Shown piece after piece: positions 14,382-25,728 of a DNA stretch of 64,000 bases. The translations under genes and the position numbers were made by a program. A model generated the notes under the pieces. The model saw nothing but the letters and a program-made list of their open reading frames with translations, was not told the origin of the DNA and did not search any database. The DNA lies in the NCBI GenBank assembly GCA_030704615.1, contig CM060734.1, forward strand, positions 33,666,001 to 33,730,000. The letters run 5' to 3'. This DNA is from Takakia lepidozioides. Its lineage: Eukaryota; Plantae; Bryophyta. Position 1 is the stretch's first letter. The number at the start of each line of letters is the position of its first letter.

Positions 14382-14906
14382 TGTCGTGCACCTAAGCATC
14401 GTGCCACAACATACATCGTTGTCCAACCACACTTCCTAGCATATAGTCCTAGAAAGCCACCCCACAATGATATGGAAATGGTGAAAAGAGGAGAAACCAC
14501 TCTATCACGTTATATAAGTCAAGCCAATGATACCTTTGCTAAAGGACTCCACCATACAGACCTCACCCACTCTCCATCTCAAGTACTAGAGCTATGGTGG
14601 CGAGAGAGGCATCGGGAGGCTCGACTAGAAGAAAACGAACCTGCCTACGTCTCACGTGGAGATAACCTCCCCACGTCCCAAGTGAGGTTCGTCACCTCAC
14701 TTGGCACATGGAACCAAATGAAGTCCCAATGCCAACAAAATACAAATATAAATATATAATGTCCTAATTAGCTAGAAATAACTATTTCTAACTAATCACA
14801 AACAAAACCATGACAGCTGTCGTGCACCTAAGCATCGTGCCACAACATACACCGTTGTCCAATCACACTTCCTAGCATATAGTCCTAGAAAGCCACACCA
14901 CAATCA
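14382..14906 (-). repeat. 3' LTR of the PHD-gypsy element
   Basis: TG...CA ends; preceded on the minus strand by a purine tract (plus-strand cccccct at 14907-14913); contains an ~87-bp direct repeat (14382-14468 and 14818-14904). Confidence 0.6.
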
Positions 14907-15159
14907 CCCCCCTAGCTGGTGATTAGGTCCCTCTAACACCGGATAGCTTGCAAATATCCACCCCAATAAGATCATCGCTTGGTCTTCAATCGTACAAGTC
15001 CCAACACCTGAAGTTGATAGATCAAGAGGCCGGGTGCAAACGTAGTCCCATAGTTAGTCGCCTTCATGCAATCCATGATCTTCAGTTGAGTATCCATGGC
15101 ATTGAAGCCCCGCTAGCTAGACCTTGGATCACTTGTCCGCCTCACCATTGTCATGCCCA

Positions 15160-16660
15160 CTACCTCTGTCCAAGGCATCGTGGACACAACCATTCTCCGA
15201 TAGGAACCTCCTCAAGTGGCGGTGTCAAGCATCCCATGTGCCACCCCCTTAAGCATTTGTCACACACCAACATGGTCGCGGCGCCACCAGCATGCCCACA
15301 TAACATGCAACGCAATCCTGCAGGAACCACTGCAAGGTTGGGATCTATCCTCCCATCCACATGTGGAAGGTGACATGGCGCACAATTGCGCACATGGTCC
15401 TTCCATACCATGCCATCTATCCTTCCAGAATCAACACTCCTGAAGGCAACACCTCCCTGACCCTTAGAATCACACGTCCTGCTGTGACATCCAAGGTCGT
15501 AGGCGTTGTCTGCTGCAGATACACATAGTCCCCAGGGTAGAAACACCGAACACTTGGCCGATATCCCCTTCCACGTATAGTGGTGTACCTCAATGTGTCT
15601 CGGTGTTGGGCAATAGCAAGGTTCTCAAAAGCCATAGGCATGACTCTCTTGAACAACTCTGCCCGCTGGGCACATGCTTGTGTCCACACATCCGGATCAT
15701 CAAGGTTGAGAACTATTGCCGCCTCCCTGCGAATAGATGCAGGCAAATCCGGCTCTCGGCCGAAGAGAAGAAAGTAAGGTGAGAAAGAGGCAAGTGAAGC
15801 TTGTTTGCTGAACCTATAACCCATAGCTAGCCAAGGCAGTTGAAGGTCCCAATCTCCTAGGTGTCCCTTCTGCAAACCGTACTTGTGCAAACCTCTCTTG
15901 ACTGTCTGAACAACTATCTCCGCCAAGCCATCAGCCTCAGGATGATCCCGAGAAGTAGTGCGGTGATCTATCAAGGTTTGCTCACACAAAGCCTGAAACT
16001 CCCCCAAGAACTCTCTCCCCTGGTCCGTGAGTACCTCGACTGGAGCACCAAAATGGCTAAGCACTCGATCTAAGAATGCATACGCAGCTCCCTCACTTGC
16101 CTTGTCAGGCAATGCCACCAGTTCAATCCATTTGGAGAAGTGTTTCACCATCACCAGCACATACTTGTTATGGCGAATCGTCAATGGCAATAGGCCTGCA
16201 AAGTCAAGACTCCAACGATAGCCCAAACCCATAATGGGTAAAGGATGCAATTGTGGAGTAGGAGCGTTGAAAGACGCCCGCACTCTATCACACACCATGC
16301 ACCTTGCCACTAACTGTTGCACATCCGTGTGCATGCCCCGCCACCAATACTGCCCTTGCAGCAAACTATGAGTGCGTCGCACCCCAAAATGTCTCAACTC
16401 CTCATGGGCATGGCGTACCAATCGCACTCGTTGTGTTGGATGAGGCACAATCCTCACTCGTCCATCCTCCCATACCCGGAGTAGATGAGTCCCCTCCCAC
16501 TTGAACCTCTTGGCTCGTTGTAGGACCCGATCTCTCTCCTTAGCAGTCACACTAGCTACTGCCTCTCTGGTACGAAGGTATGCCAACACTATTGCATCTT
16601 CATGCACATCCTTAACACCACCAAACTCCTCACTAGTCTCTGGATCGTCATGCACGCTAT
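15160..16660 (-). pseudogene. Gypsy integrase (HHCC + DDE core) with frameshifted C-terminal PHD finger
   Basis: HEELRHFG...CMVC zinc-binding motif; WSLDFAG, LTDQGREF, HPEADGLAE core; then CMLC...MLVCDKCLRGWHMGCLTPPLEEVPIGEWLCPRC (C4HC3 PHD). Confidence 0.9.
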
Positions 16661-17048
16661 GAGCGTAGCTACGGCGTGAGCCCAGCCCCGTGAGCCTGGG
16701 AGCTGAGCTCACGCTTCAGGGAAGCGTGAGCGGCACCAATCTGCTGGAGAAGAAGGTCCTATAGGCGAGGATTTCAGGAAGAGGGCCTATTACCGTGGAC
16801 AAAACAAAGGGGGCCAACACACACCATGTGTGCAATGCCTGCTCAAAAACAGAAATATGAAAACATGGCAGATTTGAGCTCAGAATGATTGTCACAGTTT
16901 ATTTCAATTCATAGATAGACGCTTACAATGAATTGCATGTGCATTTGCCCTGGTTCCGTAAACGAAATCCATATGTTTGTCAGAAATGCAAAGTCTTCAC
17001 ACGGCAACCTGCAAACCAGCATGGAAAGCGGGCATGGCTCGTATGTGT

Positions 17049-20000
17049 TCAAAGAGAAGTTGGCGGAGCTCCACGCGAGGTGTCCCGCTGTAGAAGGGTG
17101 TTCACTTCTCCATAGCCTAGTGTGGCTTGGTGGATGAATTGGTCTCTCTTACCGTCGCAACACATAATCACAAGGTATATGTAATATTGATGCTTGCAGG
17201 GGACCCACTTCCCTCTCATGCCGAGAGCGCCCTCACGCATCGTTACAAAGTCCGGACAAGTGCACGAAGGGAAATTCCCGACGGTAACCTGATATTCTTT
17301 GCCATGAAGAACTGACCCAATTGACAGCACTGTGTAAATCCGTCCATACCCCGGAGAAGGGACTTCGGTGATACGAGACACCCGAGCCTGCAAAATTCTA
17401 GCAAATTCCATCTTGCATTCGTGATCTGCACCCGAAGCGAAACGGCGCACTGTTTTTCCATCTCTTTTTGTTGGGTGGGAGTCGGCACCGGGTGGCGGCA
17501 TTGCCGGAGCATGTGGCACATCTGTGCCGATAGTGCATGAGGGCACCACCCGGGACCGTGCAAGACAGAACCCTCCCTCCTCCAGCATGCTTATCTCGGT
17601 TGATGACAGCGACGTCCCAATTTGCACACGCCAAATTGCGGGGGGAGGGGGTTTCATTATCACCGAAGGACGAACTATTCCCTTCACGCATCGTGCCATA
17701 TCGTCTGGGCAGAACCAAAATTTGTGGTCCTTTGACTCCCCACTATGATAAGGTCGGAACAACCCTGTGAATGTTGGAGCTGGAGTCCCCCTGGAGCCTT
17801 TGCATATCTTTGATTTGCATTTCTTGAATGAGGGGGTCCGAATTGCCATGCAAGCCACTCTAGATCCTGGTGGGGTGCGTTCTATATGCCACTCACTATC
17901 AATGCAATCGGATTCTTGCACCATGGCCACCGCCTCCTCCAATGGGATTCCCGCTGCTGTGGTTGTATGTTCTGCACCTGCTCCACTGGAGGAGGACCCA
18001 CCTGGGAAGGGGCGGGCACACGACTCAGTCTGCAGTGGAGACACCTTTGGCACAGAGAAATTGACCCTGTCTGGCCGATGGGAATCTCCATCTGACCCTG
18101 GAAGAGTGTTCAATTTTCTTTTGCATGATCCAAATCTTTCCTCGCCTTCCAAATGGGGGATCATGGATTGTAGAGCGGACCCTTCAGTGCATCTGTTTAG
18201 AGCTCTGGCCATCTTCGACGGGACTCCGGACCTACTCGCAGCCTTAGCATCAACAAAGTCGTATCAGGGCCCTTGCTTCCACCCCGTCCCATCAGAAAAT
18301 TGCGGTTTACCTGGTTTGTTGTGTAAGTGCACGCACCATGTCATCAGCAGTGTGGCACATACAAGTCACGACCTGCTTTGGTAGACTGCTGCATCCAGGC
18401 GTTGTGAACAGTCTCCGCAAAATTACAGGATGGCATGTCGGCCAAGTCCTCCAAGGACATGTCCTGCAGGATGCATTGCATGGATATGTGAGGAACGAAA
18501 ACAAATGGTAGAGGTTCTTCAAGTGACAATCGAAGAACCCCAAATGAAAGGCACGATGCACAAATTTCTGTTTTGGGATTGAAGAGGCTTACCGTCGTCA
18601 TGAAAGCTCCCCACTGTCTGTACCTGAAGTGCCAGAAAACCAACCAGTCCTCCAACTCCTTACGGTGGGTACCTGTTGCAGCACCAGAGGAGAAACCACC
18701 AAGCCGGATTGCCTGGTAAGTGCTCTCAGCTTCTCCCATTGAGGTGGCATTCTTGTACTTGAGACAGAGCCTTCTGTGCTCCAACTGCAAGTCAGGGCGA
18801 ATGCAGCGCTTTGTATGACGTGCCAGAGATTGAGTCCAATGGAAGAGGCATGTGCGCTCCCTATTTTCCATTGGGACCTTAGGATCCCCTGAACCAAACA
18901 CGCGTCGCACTGCATTGAAATTTGCCTGTGCACTATCAGCCATGAAGCCGCAAAATTTGTGTTTTGTATTCCATTGCGCTGCATGACGGCCAAGAGCGAA
19001 TTCCACATGAGCATTTGGGATTCAGTGTCCTCCGACTGCATATCACAAATTGCTATGGAGGGCAAACGCTGGTACGCCGGATCATACACATGGCACGCCA
19101 TGGTTGTCCAACCTTCACCCATTTGCAGTGATCAAACATTAACCAACATTTAGCCAAATCTCCTCCTGGTTGCATACGGCGGACAAAGCTCACACCACTG
19201 CCTCGCCCACAGCGGACATCTTGAACAAATACACCTTGGACGAGCTGGCCAGGGAAGGGAAGACACTGTTTGAATGAATCATAACGACTCCTCCGCTTCA
19301 GGTCCATAATGTTGTCCATGAATCCAGCAGTGCTTGTGCCCATTCTGAGTGCATTCACCTGGTTCGAATATTGGGAGAGCTCAACACGGAGAAATGGTCC
19401 ATGACTGCATTAAGCAAATCTGCATCTAGCATAAGTTGTGTCGCATCCCCTTCACCCAGTATGTGTTTCTCCAGGAATGCCTTGCTAGCTGCAAGCACTA
19501 TAGCAGAAGGTGTTGCACAAGGGGCATTGGGAACTCCTGCTTCAGCAGATTTCTAGCGATGTCCACGCTATCCCTGCAACTTCCTTTGGACACAGGATGC
19601 TTGTGTGCACCCATATGAATGCAGGCACGAGTCATTGTCTTGCATCGGTGTGCCACCTGATACATACGAGCGTGTCACCAGAAACACAGGGCGGGGAAAG
19701 TTTGCAGAACCTGTACACGAAGTATTGTCCTGGGAGGGGCAAGCCCTGGGGTGAAAGGATTCAGGGGCACACTTCCCACTCACTTTTGTTTGGTTGAGCG
19801 TTGTTTCTCAGGCGAGGGCAAGAAATATTCTGGCACTTACAATGCCCAACGCACAGACCGACCTCCGAAATTTCAAGCCAATGTCGTTATGGATGTTCGA
19901 CGTTTTTGTCCTGCACCAAGGATGTCGTCATGCTTGTCCATGCCCTGTAAAAGCAGCCAGTCCAGTGGAAGAGGTAGGAGGGTTGAGCTCAAATAGGATG

Positions 20001-20658
20001 TCCCCATCAAACTGTGCTGGCACGTATTGAACCCGTTGCACAGGAAGGGACTCCCAATCAACAAAACGCAGCTTGCTCTTGCACCCAGGCACACCTGCGA
20101 GGGCTTTCAATTTTGGAATGACGCTCGTTATCTCTTGCAATTCGTCATCATCCAATGACGGAGTCTGCACTGGCGGAGGAATCTCAGAAACATCCTCCGA
20201 GGACGAGAGTCTGAAAGAGTCACGAAGGTAGTGGATGTGCTCACCTTTGTTTCAAGGAAACTGTGCCCTTCTGTTGCCCGACCGATGCTGCAGTTGCCAG
20301 GGGGGTAACGACCGATCATGCTGATTGTCTTCTCTCTTTTCCAAGGACACGGTATGTGCCTGGAAGGACTCTCCATTTCCTTCCACACTTGCCAACCAAT
20401 GGTTTCTCCAAGTGCCCAGAATCCAAATTCCCATCCTCGTCATACACCTCTTTTTGAACAAGGAGAGAACCAACTCCAGCGGGAACACTGTAACCCAGCT
20501 CATCCTCATGAACAACTGCAAACCCATCGTCGTCTGCAGTGGCAGTTAGTGGAAGAGTACATGCATTGGAATGGAATGAGCAAGTGTATCTCGCTCCCTC
20601 GACATGTTTTCCCTCACTGAACGAAAGTTGCGGAATCCTCGAACTGATAGCCCGCCAT
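17049..20658 (-). pseudogene. MULE-family transposase (WRKY/GCM1-like Zn module, DDE domain, SWIM finger), several frameshifts
   Basis: MTRACIHMGAHKHPV (~19585-19640); WLMFDH...WTTMACHVYD; GFMADSAQANFNAV; CLFH (CxxH); NFAETVHNAW after an intron 18592-18464; SWIM CTCPDF...CKH at ~17190-17270. The 5' end is approximate. Confidence 0.8.
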
Positions 20659-22080
20659 TACCAAAAGGGGAATTAAGACAAGCAAACCGAGGTCAACAAG
20701 GGTAGCTCCAATCCAAAGGTTGCAGGTGATGCATGCAAAGGATGTAGGGATGAGATGCACCTTCACTTCGGAAACAGCAACGCCAAGAGGCACTAACCAG
20801 AAAAACTGTTTGAAATACTACAAGAAGCCGTGCTGTTTATGGATGCAAAACAAACACTGAAAACGACATTGAAACCAACCATTATGAAAAGACGGCAAAC
20901 AACCCTGGAGAGCAGTAAACAGGAAGACCACAATGTCATGAGTTGTGCTGTGCCAGAAGAGCACAGCACAAAAACATGACACTGCAGAAGATACCTCGCA
21001 CGAATGCGTGGCAGACATGGTCGTATCCGACAGAACCCTTTATGCCGAATGACCCCATGGCAGACAGTAACGGTTAAAATGCAACCACAGGGTACAGTAC
21101 GTACAACACACGTGGATGCATATGCGAAGCATAACAATTATTGCGCGATCTGCAAGAACTGCTCGAAATGAACTAGCATTAGATTTCTACGGCCCATCCG
21201 AATTGAAAGAAATAAAGAAGGCCGCGGTGTGTTGGCAGAGCAGCGCAGTACATCTGACATATATCGCTAGTGCATGCAACGGATTTTGTACTTTTTTTCT
21301 AGCGCTTTATTGCTTGGATAATACGGAGACGACGGAATGGATGAATTCCGTTCGCACACAATAACAACACCCGCATCCAATATGGTTGACAACGTCCAAT
21401 TTGATTTTTGGTTACATGCCATAGCAGCACTGTTACAAACGTCAAACTGGAGAGCTCTAGAGGCATCGTGGGGAGCCCTTGTTTCCAGCGGAGGAGGAAG
21501 AGAAGGAAGTCACTATACTTCACGAGCTTCGAAACAGGAATAAGCCAGAGATAGAATGAGGATGGAAAGAGTGGACGCAAGACGAAAAGGAAGGTAGAAG
21601 AGAGGGAGTAGAGGAAAGTGTGGCGATGGAGGAGCAGGAATCAGCAGAAGAACAGCAGCCCGCCATAGTTCCAAGAACAGATGAAGAGGACACCGCATGA
21701 GGGAGAGACAGACGAGATGGAAGAGGATGTTGAAGGTGGGGGCCTCACGAGGAGTCTGCCTGCGGGAAAGAGGAGAGGGGGAGAGGCTCACGTACACGCT
21801 CAGCACATAGAGCAGCCCGAATAAGCGCAAAGGGTCCCCGGCAAATTGGGGAGTCTTCTGGGAGCAGCCAAGAGAAAAAGGTGAATCTTTAGGGACCCAC
21901 ATTTGTGTTCGTTGCTGAATAAATATAGCCACACAGGACATCTGCACCAGGCTGAAAGCACCGCAAACTGGAGCCCAACCAGTGTGCGGCAACGCTACAC
22001 GTTTGGGCCTGACCAATTTGGTGGATGGTAATGTGTCGAAAGCCCAAACTTGGGCATCTACAGCCCAAACTTGGGCATCT

Positions 22081-25000
22081 ACACGTTGGCGCACACTGTT
22101 CGAGCTCTACATGTCACAGTTTTGTCCGTGTTGAATTCGCCCTTTACGGCACGTTTATGATGACGAAATAACCATTCAGTGGCAGCTCAAACAGTGTGCG
22201 TTGGCGCACACTGTTTGAGCTGCACATGTAAGTGTTTTTTCCGATTGAAATTCGGACTTCCAGGGCAGGTTTATGATGATGAAATAACCATTCAGGGGCA
22301 GCTCAAACAGTGTGTGCCAACGAAAACTGTTTGAGCTGAACATGTCACTACTTTTTTGGTGTTAAATTCGGACTTCCAGGGCACGTTTATGATGATGAAA
22401 TAACCATTCAGTGGCAGCTCAAACAGTGTGCGCCAACGCACACTGTTTGAGCTGAACATGTTAGTGTTTTTTCCGATTGAAATTCGGCATTTAGGGCACG
22501 TTTCTGAGGATGAAATAATCCCTCACTGGCAGCTCAAACAGTGTGCGTCAACGCACACTGTTTGAGCTGTGCATGTAACTACTTTTTTGGTGTTAAATTC
22601 GGACTTCCAGGGCAGGTTTATGATGATGAAATAACCATTCAGTGGCAGCTCAAACAGTGTGCGTTGGCGCACACTGTTTGAGCTGTACATGTCACTACTT
22701 TTTTGGTGTTAAATTCGGACTTCCAGGGCAGTTTATTATGATGAAATAACCATTCAGTGGCAGCTCAAACAGTGTGCGCAATGCACACTGTTTGAGCTGT
22801 ACATGTCACTACTTTTTTGGTGTTAAATTCGGACTTCCAGGGCACGTTTATGATGATGAAATAACCATTCAGTGGCAGCTCAAACAGTGTGCGGTCGCGC
22901 ACACTGTTTGAGCTGAACATGTAAGTGTTTTTTCCGATTGAAATTCAGTATTTAGGGCACGTTTCTGAGGATGAAATAATCCCTCACTGGCAGCTCAAAC
23001 AGTGTGCGTCAACGCACACTGTTTGAGCTGTGCATGTCACTGCTTTTTTGGTGTTAAATTCGGACTTCCAGGGCAGGTTTATGATGATGAAATAACCATT
23101 CAGTGGCAGCTCAAACAGTGTGCGTTGGCGCACACTGTTTGAGCTATACATGTCACTGCTATTTTGGTGTTAAATTCGGACTTCCAGGGCAGGTTTATTA
23201 TGATGAAATAACCATTCAGTGGCAGCTCAAACAGTGTGCGCCAACGCACACTGTTTGAGCTGTACATGTCACTACTTTTTTGGTGTTAAATTCGGACTTC
23301 CAGGGCACGTTTATGATGATGAAATAACCATTCAGTGGCAGCTCAAACAGTGTGCGGTCGCGCACACTGTTTGAGCTGAACATGTAAGTGTTTTTCGATT
23401 GAAATTCAGCATTTAGGGCACGTTTCTGAGGATGAATATATCCCTCATTGGCAGCTCAAACAGTGTGCGTCAACGCACACTGTTTGAGCTGTGCATGTCA
23501 CTGCTTTTTTGGTGTTAAATTCGGACTTCCAGGGCAGGTTTATGATGATGAAATAACCATTCAGTGGCAGCTCAAACAGTGTGCGTGGCGCACACTGTTT
23601 GAGCTATACATGTCACTGCTATTTTGGTGTTAAATTCGGACTTCCAGGGCAGGTTTATTATGATGAAATAACATTCAGTGGCAGCTCAACAGTGTGCGCC
23701 AATGCACACTGTTGAGCTGTACATGTCACTACTTTTTTGGTGTTAAATTCGGACTTCCAGGGCACGTTTATGATGATGAAATAACCATTCAGTGGCAGCT
23801 CAAACAGTGTGCGGTCGCGCACACTGTTTGAGCTGAACATGTAAGTGTTTTTTCCGATTGAAATTCAGTATTTAGGGCACGTTTCTGAGGATGAAATAAT
23901 CCCTCACTGGCAGCTCAAAAAGTGTGCGTCAACGCACACTGTTTGAGCTGTGCATGTCACTGCTTTTTTGGTGTTAAATTCGGACTTCCAGGGCAGGTTT
24001 ATGATGATGAAATAACCATTCAGTGGCAGCTCAAACAGTGTGCGTTGGCGCACACTGTTTGAGCTATACATGTCACTGCTATTTTGGTGTTAAATTCGGA
24101 CTTCCAGGGCAGGTTTATTATGATGAAATAACCATTCAGTGGCAGCTCAAACAGTGTGCGTTGGCGCACACTGTTTGAGCTATACATGTCACTGCTATTT
24201 GGTGTTAAATTCGGACTTCCAGGGCAGGTTTATTATGATGAAAAATTCGGACTTCCAGGGCAGGTTTATTATGATGAAATAACCATTCAGTGGCAGCTCA
24301 AACAGTGTGCGCCAATGCACACTGTTTGAGCTGAACATGTCACTACTTTTTTCCGTGTTAAAATTGGACTTCCAGGGCACGTTTATGATGATGAAATAAC
24401 CCATTCAGTGGCAGCTCAACAGTGTGCGGGCCGGCACACTGTTTGAGCTGAACATGTAGTGTTTTTTTCCGATTGAAATTCAGTATTTAGGGCACGTTTC
24501 TGAGGATGAAATAATCCATCACTGGCAGCTCAAACAGTGTGCGTCAACGCACACTGTTTGAGCTGAACATGTCACTGCTTTTTTTGGTGTTAAATTCGGA
24601 CTTCCAGGGCACGGTTTATGATGATGAAATAACCATTCAGTGGCAGCTCAAACAGTGTGCGTTGGCGCACACTGTTTGAGCTATACATGTCACTGCTTTT
24701 TTGGTGTTAAATTCGGACTTCCAGGGCAGGTTTATTATGATGAAATAACCATTCAGTGGCAGCTCAAAACAGTGTGCGCCAACGCACACTGTTTGAGCTG
24801 TAATGTCACTGCTTTTTTGGTCTTAAATTCGGAACTTCCAGGGCACGTTTATGATGATGAAATAACCATTCAGTGGCAGCTCAAACAGTGTGCGTTGGCG
24901 CACACTGTTTGAGCTGAACATGTAAGTGTTTTTTCAGATTGAAATTCGGCATTTAGGGCACGTTTCTGAGGATGAAATAATCCCTCACTGGCAGCTCAAA

Positions 25001-25656
25001 CAGTGTGCGCCAACGCACACTGTTTGAGCTGAACATGTCACTGCTTTTTTGGTGTTAAATTCGGACTTCCAGGGCAGGTTTATGATGATGAAATAACCAT
25101 TCAGTGGCAGCTCAAAACAGTGTGCGTTGGCGCACACTGTTTGAGCTTAACATGTCACTGCTTTTTTGGTGTTAAATTCGGACTTCCAGGGCCGGTTTAT
25201 GATGATGAAATAACCATTCAGTGGCAGCTCAAATAGTGTGCGTTGGCGCACACTATTTGAGCTGAACATGTAAGTGTTTTTTCCGATTGAAATTCGGCAT
25301 TTAGGGCACGTTTCTGAGGATGAAATAATCCCTCACTGGCAGTTCAAACAGTGTGCGTCAACGCACACTTTTTGAGCTGTACATGTCACACTGTTCGAAC
25401 TCACATTTTCACTTTTTTCATCTGAAATCGGCCGCATATCTTGGAGTTTACAATGAACACTTACCTGGCACAAGTAGATGTTCAATGATCATTTACATGG
25501 CAAGTGAAACAGTGTGCGTCAACGCACACTGTTTGAGCCCACTTTTACATTGTCTATTTCTGTGGAACTCGGCAACATAGGACATGTCTGTGAGGGTCAA
25601 TGTACACTTACCTGGCAGCTTAAAATACTGTGCGTCAACACACACTCTTTGAGCCC
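22081..25656. repeat. Tandem array of ~116-bp units, each containing the palindrome CAGCTCAAACAGTGTGCG-N4-CGCACACTGTTTGAGCTG
   Basis: 28 clear units counted (GCTCAAA at 22185, 22301, 22417, 22532 ... 25227, 25342), plus a half unit at 22081 and two decayed units near 25504 and 25618. Two linker types (A: GGTGTTAAATTCGGACTTCCAGGGC; B: CCGATTGAAATTC..ATTTAGGGC). Confidence 0.97.
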
Positions 25657-25728
25657 ACTTTTTCATGCCTAAGCCGACGTTTCATGCCTCTCTAATATCA
25701 AGTTGAATGAACAACCCTGCAGGAGAAG

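Noticed and set aside
23448-25580. Short ORFs within the array
   Set aside because: They are translations of the repeat unit with no independent coding signal.
22081-25656. CRISPR array
   Set aside because: The sequence between palindromes is itself repeated (two linker types), there are no unique spacers or cas genes, and the context is spliced plant DNA.
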